This document shows positions 8,775-18,639 of a DNA stretch of 43,760 nucleotides, in pieces. The stretch comes from Bacillota bacterium (lineage in GTDB: Bacteria > Bacillota > Dehalobacteriia > UBA4068), in assembly GCA_017440145.1 (NCBI GenBank), contig JAFSHU010000110.1, forward strand, positions 1 through 43,760. The letters are read 5' to 3'. Numbering within the stretch: the stretch's first letter is position 1; every line of letters starts with the position of its first letter. Under the pieces are notes generated by a model. It saw nothing but the letters and a program-made list of their open reading frames with translations. It was not told where the DNA came from and ran no database searches. Both the position numbers and the translations under genes were made by a program.

Positions 8775-9424
8775 AAGAGCATCTGATCATTTTTGATATG
8801 GATAACACGCTGTTGCAGTCCCATATCGATTTTCCATTGATGAAACAGACCGTCCATGCTTTGCTGGAAAGCCATGGGCTGGAACGATATAAGCGATTCT
8901 CCACTGCCAACACCATTTTGGCATTTACGGATTCGCCGGATTATGATGCGGATTTGGCAAAGCAAATGTGGCATGAGGTTGCCCTGCTGGAAAATGAGGG
9001 ACTGAAGCAGTCGGTTTTGGAACCCCTTGCAACGGAGGCCCTGGCCTATCTGGGAAAATATGCGGAATTGGCGGTTTTAACAAACAATACAGATTACAAT
9101 CTGGAGGAAAATTTGGGTAAGCTGGGCTTGCTGCCGTATCTGAGCTGCGTGGCGGGCCGTGACAGCGTACCCCGTTTGAAACCGGCTCCGGATGGCATGC
9201 TTTGGGTGGCTGCACAGTATCCGCAGATACCCTTGTCCAATGTGATTGCGGTAGGGGATGCCATCAACGATGCCCAGGCGGCTCATGCGGCAGGAATTCC
9301 TTTTGTGGCCTACAACCGCAGCCGCATGGAGGATTGGACAAAGTGGGAGTTTCCTCCCCGGCTGCAGCTTCATGGCTGGGATCGGAGCTCTTGCGACAGA
9401 TTGTTAGCCATGTGGAGGGCTTGA
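8771..9424 (+). CDS. HAD family hydrolase/phosphatase
   Basis: FDMDNTL, LTNN, KPAPDG, VGDAIND motifs; ATGA overlap with the upstream gene. Confidence 0.9.
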   Translation: MKEHLIIFDMDNTLLQSHIDFPLMKQTVHALLESHGLERYKRFSTANTILAFTDSPDYDADLAKQMWHEVALLENEGLKQSVLEPLATEALAYLGKYAELAVLTNNTDYNLEENLGKLGLLPYLSCVAGRDSVPRLKPAPDGMLWVAAQYPQIPLSNVIAVGDAINDAQAAHAAGIPFVAYNRSRMEDWTKWEFPPRLQLHGWDRSSCDRLLAMWRA

Positions 9425-9425
9425 T

Positions 9426-10301
9426 ATGGCGATGTACCGTATCAAAAAATTTGAGGATGCGGAGCCTGCTTCTATTTATCCGGAAGCTGAATACTGGCGG
9501 GAAACCCGTCCCGGGCAAGAGCGGGATCTGGATTTTGAGGAAATTGCAGACTTGAATGCTGCCAGCGAAGGGGTGGAGGAAGAGGAGCTTGAGCCCATTC
9601 GCTCCTTCCGTTCCAGAGTTTTGACTGCAGGTATTGCCGCTGTTTTGATCCTGGCTTTTGCCGTTTGGATCGGCTATTCTCTTTTTCCGCAGCGCTTTGA
9701 TTTCTCTCACTTGATCCGCTCTGCGCAGTTATCTCAGGATGAATCGCTCTCTGCATTGCAAAAGGCAGTGGTGGTAATCGAATCCACTGCCGGCAGCGGA
9801 ACGGGTTTTAATATCAGCCCGGATGGGATGATCGTCACAAATGCACATGTGGTTAAGGATGGCGGCATTCTGACGATTTCTTTCAGCCGGGAGGCTGGGG
9901 GGCAGGTTTTTTCTACGCGGGAGTATAAGCGAATCGAAGGTGTGGATCTGGCGCTCATTCCCATAGAAGGGGAGGATTTGCCGGCAGTGGCCCTGGCAGA
10001 GCAGCCAATAGAAAGTTTGGATCCCCGGGAAGAGAATTTGATTTTTATCGGAAGCCCTTTGGGCTACGACTGGACAATTTCAGAAGGGCAGCTGTGGGGA
10101 ATCGTCCCCATGGACGGCAGCGCTGCGATCTATTTCCATGGCCCGGTTCACCCAGGTTCCAGCGGTTCTCCGCTGTTTAATGAGCAGGCTCAGGTGATCG
10201 GCGTGGTTTACGCGATGCTGGGCAGGAAAGAAGACCAGCAAGGGCTGGCAGTTCCCATTTCATATTTGATTGAGGCTATGGAGGAAATGAAGAGTGAATA
10301 G
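9426..10301 (+). CDS. Membrane-anchored trypsin-like serine protease (no PDZ)
   Basis: Acidic N-terminus plus TM; GTGF, TNAHV, DLA, HPGSSGSPL. Confidence 0.85.
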   Translation: MAMYRIKKFEDAEPASIYPEAEYWRETRPGQERDLDFEEIADLNAASEGVEEEELEPIRSFRSRVLTAGIAAVLILAFAVWIGYSLFPQRFDFSHLIRSAQLSQDESLSALQKAVVVIESTAGSGTGFNISPDGMIVTNAHVVKDGGILTISFSREAGGQVFSTREYKRIEGVDLALIPIEGEDLPAVALAEQPIESLDPREENLIFIGSPLGYDWTISEGQLWGIVPMDGSAAIYFHGPVHPGSSGSPLFNEQAQVIGVVYAMLGRKEDQQGLAVPISYLIEAMEEMKSE

Positions 10302-11550
10302 CAAAAGATTGCCCTGTAGTGGGGATAAATTAGAATTGTTGGCAAGTGAATTTGGTACGCCTTTTCACATTTATGATGAAGCTGCGATCCGCAGCAATGC
10401 CCGGAAGCTGCTGAAAGCCTTCTCCTGGGCACCCAGATTCAAGGAGTATTATGCGGTGAAGGCTTTACCCAATCCCTATATTCTGGAAATATTGGCAGAG
10501 GAAGGCTGTGGAGCGGACTGCAGCTCCCTTGCAGAGCTTATGCTGGCGAAGGCAGTTGGCTTGGCCGGGAGTGATGTATGCCTGACCTCCAATGATACCC
10601 CATTGGTTGAGTTCCAGACAGCTCTGGAAATGAACAGCATCATCAACCTGGATGATATCACGCATATTGATTACCTGCTCAGCAAGGCCCGTTTGCCGGA
10701 ATTGGTATCTTTCCGCTATAATCCGGGCCCGCTTCGAAAAGGTGGCAACGAAATTATTGGCTACCCGGAGCAGGCGAAATACGGAATGACCGGTACGCAG
10801 CTTTTGGAGGCCATCGCCATCTGCCGCGATCTGGGTGTGGAGCGTTTTGGCATTCACACTATGATCGTATCCAATGAATTGCAAGCAGACTATTTCCGGG
10901 ATACGGCTGTGATGATGTTTGATATGGCCACGAAGATCAAAAAAATCATGGGCATATCCGTGGAATTCATCAATCTGGGCGGCGGCATCGGCATCCCCTA
11001 TACACAGGAAGAGGCTCCCGTGGATCTGCTGGGGCTGGGGAATAAGATCCGTTTGGCTTATGAAGAAATTATGCTTCCTGCCGGGCTGGGAAATGTGGCC
11101 CTTTGCATGGAGAGTGGACGTATGATGACCGGCCCTTACGGCTGGCTTGTCAGCCGGGCGATCCATAGAAAGGAAATTTATAAAAACTACATCGGACTGG
11201 ATGCCAGCATGGCAGATCTGATGAGACCCGCGCTTTATGGGGCCTACCATCATATTACGGTTGTTGGCAAGGAAGATCTTCCGAAGGATCATATTTACGA
11301 TATTACCGGTTCTCTTTGTGAGAATAACGATAAGTTTGCCATTGATCGAGAACTGCCAAAGGTTGACGTGGGGGACCTTCTGGTTATCCATGATACGGGT
11401 GCCCATGGCCATGCAATGGGATTTAACTATAACGGAAAATTGCGCTCCAAGGAGCTGCTTTTGAAAACAGACGGCAGCGTAAAGTTGATTCGCAGAGCAG
11501 AAACGATTGACGATTACTTTGCAACTCTGGATTACCCCGGCTTGGTTTAG
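10294..11550 (+). CDS. lysA: Diaminopimelate decarboxylase
   Basis: TPFHIYDE, YYAVKA, NLGGG, ESGR, LMRPALYG, GSLCENND, MGFNYN. Confidence 0.95.
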   Translation: MNSKRLPCSGDKLELLASEFGTPFHIYDEAAIRSNARKLLKAFSWAPRFKEYYAVKALPNPYILEILAEEGCGADCSSLAELMLAKAVGLAGSDVCLTSNDTPLVEFQTALEMNSIINLDDITHIDYLLSKARLPELVSFRYNPGPLRKGGNEIIGYPEQAKYGMTGTQLLEAIAICRDLGVERFGIHTMIVSNELQADYFRDTAVMMFDMATKIKKIMGISVEFINLGGGIGIPYTQEEAPVDLLGLGNKIRLAYEEIMLPAGLGNVALCMESGRMMTGPYGWLVSRAIHRKEIYKNYIGLDASMADLMRPALYGAYHHITVVGKEDLPKDHIYDITGSLCENNDKFAIDRELPKVDVGDLLVIHDTGAHGHAMGFNYNGKLRSKELLLKTDGSVKLIRRAETIDDYFATLDYPGLV

Positions 11551-11647
11551 CTATTCTCCCGGCAAAGAAGAAACAAACAGAAGGGGAAAGCCTGGTTTAT
11601 GGCGAAAATTTAAGTGCTTTTTACTCTCTATTTTTGGTGAGGCTGCT

Positions 11648-12268
11648 ATGAGAAGAGGAAAGCTTATTACGTTTGAAGGTATCGATGGCTGCGGAAAGAG
11701 CCTGATGGTGAAAAAGCTGAGCCACTGGCTTCGTAAGCGGGGCTGCGAGGTGGAAACCACTCTGGAACCCGGCTGGGGAGAGATGGGAAAATCCATCCGC
11801 AAGCTTTTGCTGAACAGCGCCTTCGGCTCTATGGATGATCGGACGGAGGCTCTGCTTTATGCAGCGGATCGCGCCAACCATTGCGCCGCTTTTATCTTAC
11901 CGCAGCTGGAGGCGGGGAAGATCGTTCTTTGCGATCGTTTCTTTGATTCCACCCTGGCCTATCAGGGCTATGGGCGGGGCTTGGATCTGGATGCTTTAGG
12001 GGCTTTGCAGCAGTTTGCCATAGGCGATGTATATCCGGATTTAACAGTTTTTCTTCGTGTCCCCGTAGAAGTTTCTTTTTCCCGGATGCATGGAAAAAAG
12101 GATCGCCTTGAGCAGGAAGACCAGGCCTTCTTTGAGCGGGTTTTGGCGGGCTATGATGCTTTGGCTGCCCGGGAACCCCAGCGTTTCCGGGTGATTGATT
12201 CCAGCCGCCCCATCGATAAAGTTTTTTCCAATGTGATACAGGCAGTTTTGCCTTTGGTAAAGGAATAA
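11648..12268 (+). CDS. tmk: Thymidylate kinase
   Basis: FEGIDGCGKS, EALLYAADR, CDRF..ST.AYQG. Confidence 0.95.
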   Translation: MRRGKLITFEGIDGCGKSLMVKKLSHWLRKRGCEVETTLEPGWGEMGKSIRKLLLNSAFGSMDDRTEALLYAADRANHCAAFILPQLEAGKIVLCDRFFDSTLAYQGYGRGLDLDALGALQQFAIGDVYPDLTVFLRVPVEVSFSRMHGKKDRLEQEDQAFFERVLAGYDALAAREPQRFRVIDSSRPIDKVFSNVIQAVLPLVKE

Positions 12269-12270
12269 TT

Positions 12271-13077
12271 ATGTCTGCGTTCACTGTTTTACATCCATAT
12301 TTGCGCCAGCAGCTTAGGGCGAAGCATTTGTTTCATGCCTATATTTTTAGCGGCAGCGAAGCTGCAGAACAGGCAAAGGCCCTATCTGCGGCGCTGGAAT
12401 GCCTGAAGCCCCGGGAGGATGGCGAGGCCTGCGGCAGCTGCCATTCCTGCCGGAATATTACGCTGAATGTGCATCCCGATGTGCGCTGGCTGGAGCCCCA
12501 GGGGGCTCAGCATAAGGTAGAGGCTATCCGGGAACTGGTAGCCAATGCGGGATTAAGCCGAATGGCGGGCGCATTTAAAGTGTATATCCTGAACCAAGCG
12601 GAAAACATCACCCTGGAAGGGGCAAACACCCTGCTGAAGCTTTTGGAGGAGCCGGTTCCCAATACGGTTTTGATTCTGATCGCGGAGCAGCCGGATCAGC
12701 TGCTGCCAACCATTATCAGCCGTTGCCAGCAGTTTTCTTTTGGTGCTGAGCGAGCAGCGGCAGCCCCGGATGCGGCCCTGACAGAAGCGGCTTTTTCTTT
12801 TCTTTCTGTTTTGCCGCAGCTTCCCCTGTATCAGGTTTTGCAGCGCGCCAGGGATTATGAGAAGGATCGCCCCGGGCAAAGCGCATTCCTTTTTGCTATG
12901 CTGGAATGCCTGCATGAGCGGGCGAAGGGTAAAAACAGCCTGGATTGGAGTCGTTCTGCAGCCTTGGCTGCTGCGGATATGCTGGAAGAAAGCATTGACC
13001 AGCTGAACCGTGGAATGAATCAAAAATTGCTGATGGATGTTACCTACCTGCACCTGCGGCAAATTTGTATGCAATAA
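12271..13077 (+). CDS. holB: DNA polymerase III delta' subunit (short)
   Basis: HAYIF, CGSCHSC zinc module, HPD, NTLLKLLEEP, LLPTIISRC; conserved position after tmk. Confidence 0.88.
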   Translation: MSAFTVLHPYLRQQLRAKHLFHAYIFSGSEAAEQAKALSAALECLKPREDGEACGSCHSCRNITLNVHPDVRWLEPQGAQHKVEAIRELVANAGLSRMAGAFKVYILNQAENITLEGANTLLKLLEEPVPNTVLILIAEQPDQLLPTIISRCQQFSFGAERAAAAPDAALTEAAFSFLSVLPQLPLYQVLQRARDYEKDRPGQSAFLFAMLECLHERAKGKNSLDWSRSAALAAADMLEESIDQLNRGMNQKLLMDVTYLHLRQICMQ

Positions 13078-13106
13078 TTGCTAATTTCCGTGAAATGCGG
13101 TATAAT
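13078..13106 (+). promoter_or_regulatory. sigma-A promoter for yaaT-yabA-methyltransferase-rsmI
   Basis: TTGCTA-N17-TATAAT. Confidence 0.7.
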
Positions 13107-13138
13107 ATATTTGGTAAGAATTTCTTTTAGGAGGAACA

Positions 13139-13855
13139 ATGACCAATATTGTAGGTGTCCGTTTTAAAAAGAACGGTAAGATATATTATTTTCACCCCCA
13201 GAATCTGCCGATTCAGCTCCACGATCATGTGATCGTGGAAACCGCCCGTGGTTTGGAATTTGGGGAGGTTGTTCTGGGTCCAAAGGATGTCCCGGAGGAG
13301 GAGCTGGTCAGCCCGCTGAAAGACGTATTGCGCATCGCGACAGAAGAGGATCGGCAAAAGCATGAGAGCAATCTGGCTGCAGAAAAAGAAGCCTTTGATA
13401 TCTGCCAGAAGAAAATTGCTCTGCATAAACTGCCAATTAATTTGGTTGAGGTATCCTATACCTTTGATGTAAGTAAAATTGTTTTTTATTTTACTGCAGA
13501 AGGCCGCGTGGATTTTCGGGAGCTGGTGAAGGATTTGGCAGCTGTGTTCCGGACCCGCATTGAGCTGCGGCAGATCGGTGTGCGCGATCAGGCAAAGGTG
13601 GTCGGCGGGATCGGTAGCTGCGGACGTGTCCTTTGCTGCCACAGTGTTTTGGGCGAATTCCAGCCGGTTTCTATCAAGATGGCAAAAAAGCAAAATCTTT
13701 CTTTGAATCCGGCGAAGATTTCCGGCGTTTGTGGCCGTCTTATGTGCTGCCTGAAATTTGAAAACTATGATGATCTGCCTTGCAAAAAGAAAGCCAAGGT
13801 TTATGATATCCCGCCGGAGGATGATGATATGATCATAATCGAGGACGAGGATTAA
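13139..13855 (+). CDS. yaaT: PSP1 domain / stage 0 sporulation protein YaaT (RicT)
   Basis: FTAEGRVDFRELVKDLA, RQIGVRD, GSCGRVLCC, SGVCGRLMCCL. Confidence 0.93.
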   Translation: MTNIVGVRFKKNGKIYYFHPQNLPIQLHDHVIVETARGLEFGEVVLGPKDVPEEELVSPLKDVLRIATEEDRQKHESNLAAEKEAFDICQKKIALHKLPINLVEVSYTFDVSKIVFYFTAEGRVDFRELVKDLAAVFRTRIELRQIGVRDQAKVVGGIGSCGRVLCCHSVLGEFQPVSIKMAKKQNLSLNPAKISGVCGRLMCCLKFENYDDLPCKKKAKVYDIPPEDDDMIIIEDED

Positions 13856-13858
13856 AGT

Positions 13859-14137
13859 ATGAGCTTGTATCAGGAATTGATGCAATGGCAGGAAGAGCTG
13901 AATGATCTTCTCCGGCGGGGAGATGAATTGACCCAGAGGGTCGCGGAGCTGGAAAGACAAAATGCCAACCTGCAAAAACGTCTGGTGGAAGGAAGCTATC
14001 AAAGCAACGGCTTTGATGCCCTGGCAAACCTTTATGATGAAGGCTTTCATATCTGCCCGGGAAGTTTTGGCCAGAGCCGGGAAGAAGATTGCCTGTTTTG
14101 CCTTAATTTTTTGCTGCATAAAGGGAAAAAAGCATGA
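13859..14137 (+). CDS. yabA: Replication initiation control protein YabA
   Basis: N-terminal coiled coil; LYDEGFHIC...CLFC zinc motif. Confidence 0.9.
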   Translation: MSLYQELMQWQEELNDLLRRGDELTQRVAELERQNANLQKRLVEGSYQSNGFDALANLYDEGFHICPGSFGQSREEDCLFCLNFLLHKGKKA

Positions 14138-14883
14138 GTCTGCCTTTATTGGGAAATGAAGAACGAATTGATGATTTATATTGCCAGGGGCTGAAAGTGA
14201 TCCAAAGTGCTTCCGCCCCTGGTTTTAGTATTGATGCGGTTCTGCTGGCTGATTTTGCGAAAGTGAAAGTCGGGGAGCAGCTTATTGATCTGGGGACGGG
14301 TACAGCTGTGATTGCCCTTCTTCTGGCAGGGAAGCAGCCTCAATGCCAGGTGCATGGTCTGGAGCTGATGGCGGATATGGCAGATATGGCTTCCCGCAGT
14401 GTGGCTCTGAATGGGCTGGCAGAACGGGTTCATATTCGGCAGGGAGATATCCGTGATGCACAGGAGCTGTATGGCCGCTCTGTTTTCGATGTGGTGGTCT
14501 CCAACCCACCTTATTATAAAGTTGGGGCCGGGAAAATCAGCAGTGATCCTTTGCGGGCAGCTGCCCGGTCAGAGCATTACTGCTCTTTGGATGCACTTCT
14601 GGATAGCGTGGCAGCACTCCTGAAGCCTTTGGGGCGTTTCTACATTGTACACAGAGCAGAGCGTTTGGGCGAATTGCTGGTCTCTGCCGAAAAAAGGCAG
14701 CTTCACTGTGTTCGTTTGCGTATGGTGCAGCCCAAAGCCGAACGCCCCGCCAATCTTCTGCTGGCGCAGTTTTCTTTGGGTGGAAGAGAGCAGCTTTCTG
14801 TCGAAGCGCCATTGGTCGTTTATCAGGCAGAAAATATTTATTCCGAGGAAATGAAGCAGATTTACCAGGGCAGGGAGGGCTAA
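14134..14883 (+). CDS. tRNA1(Val) A37 N6-methyltransferase (YabB/TrmN6-like)
   Basis: [19 protein letters not shown]; conserved position after yabA. Confidence 0.85.
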   Translation: MSLPLLGNEERIDDLYCQGLKVIQSASAPGFSIDAVLLADFAKVKVGEQLIDLGTGTAVIALLLAGKQPQCQVHGLELMADMADMASRSVALNGLAERVHIRQGDIRDAQELYGRSVFDVVVSNPPYYKVGAGKISSDPLRAAARSEHYCSLDALLDSVAALLKPLGRFYIVHRAERLGELLVSAEKRQLHCVRLRMVQPKAERPANLLLAQFSLGGREQLSVEAPLVVYQAENIYSEEMKQIYQGREG

Positions 14884-14884
14884 G

Positions 14885-15715
14885 ATGAGCGGCACTTTAT
14901 ATATCGTGGCAACACCGATTGGAAACCTGGAAGATATTAGCTTTCGGGCTTTGCGCATCCTTCGGGAAGTGGATATCATCGCTGCGGAGGATACCAGAGT
15001 CAGCCGAAAGCTGCTCAATCATTTTGAGATCAAAAAGCCGCTGATCAGCTATTATGAACATAACAAGACCCTGCGGGAACAAGCTTTGATGGAGCTTTTG
15101 CTGGAAGGAAAGGATCTGGCCTTGATTTCAGATGCGGGAACACCGGCGATTTCTGATCCGGGGCAGGATCTGGTACAGGCTGCAGCTGCCCGGAATATCC
15201 CGGTGGTTGTTCTCCCCGGCGCCAGTGCTATGCTGACGGCTTTGGTGGGAAGCGCTCTTGATACCGGGCGTTTTTGTTTTGAGGGCTTTCTGCCGCGGGA
15301 TAAAAAGGAACGCAGGGAGCGTTTGCAGGAATTGCGGGCAGAGAAACGCACCATGATTTTTTATGAGGCACCGCATCGTTTGAAGACGATTCTCGCGGAT
15401 ATGCAGGAGGCCTGGGGGGCTGAGAGAAGAATCAGCGCCGGCCGGGAGCTGACCAAGCTCCATGAGGAGATGCTGCGCGGCACCATCGGGGAGCTGTGCC
15501 AGCTATATGCCCAACAGGAACCCCGGGGGGAATATGTTTTGGTCGTTGCCGGGGCAGAGGAGGAGGCTCCGGAGGAGATTGATCCGGAGCTGATTGCCGG
15601 GGAGCTGGATTCTCTGCTGGAATCCGGGATGCCGAGAAAAGAGGCCGCGCGGATTTTGGCGGATCGTTATGGTATGAAGGTGCGGGATATCTATCAAATG
15701 GGCTTAAAGAATTGA
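14885..15715 (+). CDS. rsmI: 16S rRNA C1402 2'-O-methyltransferase
   Basis: LYIVATPIGNLEDIS, AEDTR, SDAGTPAISDPG, RELTKLHEE. Confidence 0.96.
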   Translation: MSGTLYIVATPIGNLEDISFRALRILREVDIIAAEDTRVSRKLLNHFEIKKPLISYYEHNKTLREQALMELLLEGKDLALISDAGTPAISDPGQDLVQAAAARNIPVVVLPGASAMLTALVGSALDTGRFCFEGFLPRDKKERRERLQELRAEKRTMIFYEAPHRLKTILADMQEAWGAERRISAGRELTKLHEEMLRGTIGELCQLYAQQEPRGEYVLVVAGAEEEAPEEIDPELIAGELDSLLESGMPRKEAARILADRYGMKVRDIYQMGLKN

Positions 15716-15740
15716 CATCCCGCAGTGAAATTGCTAAAAT
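15712..15740 (+). promoter_or_regulatory. sigma-A promoter for metG-tatD
   Basis: TTGACA-N17-TAAAAT with TGn extension. Confidence 0.8.
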
Positions 15741-15777
15741 TAAATGGTTATACTAAATATGTTCGGAGGCAGCTAAA

Positions 15778-17724
15778 ATGAGTGATAAACCTACTTTTTA
15801 TATCACTACACCGATTTATTATCCCAGTGACAATCTGCACATCGGCCATGCTTATACCACTGTGGCTGCGGATACCATGGCTCGCTACAAAAAGATGCGC
15901 GGCTATGATGCCTATTTTCTGACCGGATCCGATGAACACGGACAGAAGATTCAGCGCCGGGCCGCTGCCGCCAACATGCAGCCCAAGGAATTCGTAGATC
16001 AGATCATCAAGAGCTTCAAGGAGCTCTGGAAAATCCTGCAGGTGGAAAATGATGATTTCATCCGCACCACGGATGCCCACCACGAAAAATACGCCCAGGA
16101 ATTGTTCCAGCAGATTTATGAGCAGGGCGATATTTATAAATCCGAATATGAGGGCTGGTATTGCACCAGCTGTGAAACCTTCTTTACGGAACTGCAGGTG
16201 GGTGAGGAGCATGTCTGCCCGGATTGCGGTAAGCCTGCAGAACTGATGAAGGAAGAAAGCTATTTCTTCCGCATGAGCAAATATGCGGATCGCTGGCTGA
16301 AATTTATTGAAGAGAATCCGGATTTTATTCAGCCGGAGAGCCGCCGCAATGAAATGGTCAATTTTGTTAAGCAGGGTCTGGAGGATCTCTGCGTTTCCCG
16401 CACGACCTTTGATTGGGGTATCAAGGTTCCCTTTGATGAAAAGCATGTGATTTATGTTTGGTTTGATGCCCTCATCAATTATATTTCTGCTCTGAAAAAG
16501 GACGATAACAGCCTTTATGAAAAATTCTGGCCCGCAGATGTGCACCTGGTGGGTAAGGATATCATTCGTTTCCACACGATCATCTGGCCGATCATGCTGA
16601 TGGCTGCTGGTCTGCCTTTGCCCAAACACGTTCTGGGGCACGGCTGGGTTCTGCTGGGTGATGGCAAAATGAGCAAGTCCAAAGGCAATGTGGTTGACCC
16701 TGTCATTCTCTGTGATCGTTACGGTTCCGATGCGATTCGTTATTTCCAGAAGCGTGAGATGCAATATGGTCAGGATTGCACCTATTCTGAAGCCAACCTG
16801 GCTTTGCGGATCAACAATGATCTGGCCAATGATTACGGCAATCTGCTTTCCCGGACTACCGGTATGCTGGAGAAATTCCAGGAGGGCCTGGTTCTGGCTC
16901 CCAGTGCCGGTACGGATTTTGATGCGGATTTGATTCAGCTGGCGAAGGATACCCCTGCTGCCTTTGCTGCCCTCATGGATAAGATGGAATGGGCAAATGC
17001 CCTGGCTGAGCTGTGGAAGCTGGTGGGTAAGGCCAACAAATATATTGATGATGTTGCCCCCTGGGCCTTAAATAAAGAAGGCAAAAAGGAAGAGCTTGCC
17101 ACCGTTTTGTATAACATGGTGGAAGTGCTGCGCATGGTAACGGTCATGGTAGCCCCCGTTATGCCCTCTCTGCTGCCGAAAGTATGGGCACAGCTGGGTA
17201 TTTCCGAGAGGGATGATCTGGCCTCTTGGGAAAGCCTGAAATGGGGACTGTTCCCGGCCGGCACGAAGATCAACCGCGGAGAACCCCTTTTCCCCCGCAT
17301 TGATATTGATGCGATCAAAGCACAGATGGAAGCTGCAGCGGCAGAAGCTGCTCAGGAAGAAGCAGCCCCTGCTGAGCCGGAGCCGGAAATCGAGCCTCTG
17401 GCGGAAGAATGCGTATATGATGATTTCGCGAAAGTGGATTTGCGCGTGGTGAAGGTTCTGGAGTGCATTAAGGTTCCGAAAGCAGATAAGCTCCTGCAAT
17501 TTAAGCTGGAAATGGGAGGCGAGGAACGCACTGTTCTTTCTGGCATTGCAAAATTCTACCAGCCGGAAGAGCTGGTCGGGAAGAAGCTCATTCTTGTTGC
17601 CAATCTGGCGCCCCGAAAGATTCGCGGCATTGAGTCCAAGGGCATGCTGCTTTCCGCTGCCATCGGAGATAAGCTTCAGGTAATTGAGGCACCGGATATG
17701 CCCACAGGCAGCCGGGTTTGCTAA
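15778..17724 (+). CDS. metG: Methionine--tRNA ligase with C-terminal tRNA-binding domain
   Basis: FYITTPIYY, HIGH, CxxC knuckles, KMSKS, C-terminal Trbp111/EMAP-like domain. Confidence 0.97.
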   Translation: MSDKPTFYITTPIYYPSDNLHIGHAYTTVAADTMARYKKMRGYDAYFLTGSDEHGQKIQRRAAAANMQPKEFVDQIIKSFKELWKILQVENDDFIRTTDAHHEKYAQELFQQIYEQGDIYKSEYEGWYCTSCETFFTELQVGEEHVCPDCGKPAELMKEESYFFRMSKYADRWLKFIEENPDFIQPESRRNEMVNFVKQGLEDLCVSRTTFDWGIKVPFDEKHVIYVWFDALINYISALKKDDNSLYEKFWPADVHLVGKDIIRFHTIIWPIMLMAAGLPLPKHVLGHGWVLLGDGKMSKSKGNVVDPVILCDRYGSDAIRYFQKREMQYGQDCTYSEANLALRINNDLANDYGNLLSRTTGMLEKFQEGLVLAPSAGTDFDADLIQLAKDTPAAFAALMDKMEWANALAELWKLVGKANKYIDDVAPWALNKEGKKEELATVLYNMVEVLRMVTVMVAPVMPSLLPKVWAQLGISERDDLASWESLKWGLFPAGTKINRGEPLFPRIDIDAIKAQMEAAAAEAAQEEAAPAEPEPEIEPLAEECVYDDFAKVDLRVVKVLECIKVPKADKLLQFKLEMGGEERTVLSGIAKFYQPEELVGKKLILVANLAPRKIRGIESKGMLLSAAIGDKLQVIEAPDMPTGSRVC

Positions 17725-17728
17725 GGCT

Positions 17729-18508
17729 ATGAAGGTACAATTATACGATACCCATGCACATCTGGATGATCGGAAGATTTTTCCCGAGCTGGAGGATGTT
17801 TTGCAGCGCGCCCGTGAGGCCGGTGTGAATTTGATTAACACTGTTGGCTGCGATTGGCGTTCCTCTTTGATGTCTGTGCGTATCGCGGAAAAGCATCCGG
17901 ATCAGGTACGGGCTATCATTGGGGTGCACCCCAGTGAGATTCGGGATTGGAATGAAGAGCTTCTGGCCCGGCTTATGGACCTGACCAGCAGCCCCTTTGT
18001 GGTAGGCTGGGGGGAGATTGGTTTGGATTACCACTATGAAGATGGCCCTCCTCACGATCAGCAGCGCCGCGTGTTTCGGGCGCAGATCGCCGCTGCGAAA
18101 GAAGCCGGCTTGCCGATTATTATTCATGATCGGGATGCGCATCAGGATACGATTGATATTTTGAAGCAGGAAAAGGCCGGTGTGAACGGCGGTATTCTCC
18201 ACTGCTTTTCCGGCAGCTGGGAAATGGCAAAGGAATGCCTGCGTCTGGGCTTCCATATCTCTTTTGCCGGGCCCCTGACTTATGCCAATGCCAAAACCTC
18301 TGTGGATGTAGCAGGAAAAGTTCCGGAAGATATGCTTCTGATCGAAACAGATTGCCCTTATTTGACCCCGCATCCTATGCGTGGGAAAATCAATGAACCC
18401 GCCCGTGTAAGCTATACGGCAGCAAAGCTCGCTGAGATCCGGGGTTTGGATTATGAACGTATCGCAGAAATTACAACGAATAATGCCAAACGCCTGTTTA
18501 AGCTATAG
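17729..18508 (+). CDS. tatD: TatD family hydrolase
   Basis: DTHAHL, GVHP, GEIGLDY, HCFSG, ETDCPY. Confidence 0.93.
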   Translation: MKVQLYDTHAHLDDRKIFPELEDVLQRAREAGVNLINTVGCDWRSSLMSVRIAEKHPDQVRAIIGVHPSEIRDWNEELLARLMDLTSSPFVVGWGEIGLDYHYEDGPPHDQQRRVFRAQIAAAKEAGLPIIIHDRDAHQDTIDILKQEKAGVNGGILHCFSGSWEMAKECLRLGFHISFAGPLTYANAKTSVDVAGKVPEDMLLIETDCPYLTPHPMRGKINEPARVSYTAAKLAEIRGLDYERIAEITTNNAKRLFKL

Positions 18509-18574
18509 CTTGAGCATCAATATGATCAGGCAGAGCATCAGGGTTTGGAATTTCAGATGAATTGATGAGCTACA

Positions 18575-18605
18575 AAAGGCCAGCGTCAAAACGACGCTGG
18601 CCTTT
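18575..18605. terminator. Bidirectional terminator
   Basis: AAAGGCCAGCGTC-AAAAC-GACGCTGGCCTTT between convergent genes. Confidence 0.85.
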
Positions 18606-18639
18606 GTCATAGGCATTATAAATTGTGTTTGCCGATGTT

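Noticed and set aside
15715-15727. 13-mer ACATCCCGCAGTG shared between the metG promoter and the aro leader terminator (26768-26780)
   Set aside because: Some 13-mer matches are expected by chance in 44 kb, and the metG copy lies upstream of the predicted TSS, so it is not in the metG transcript.
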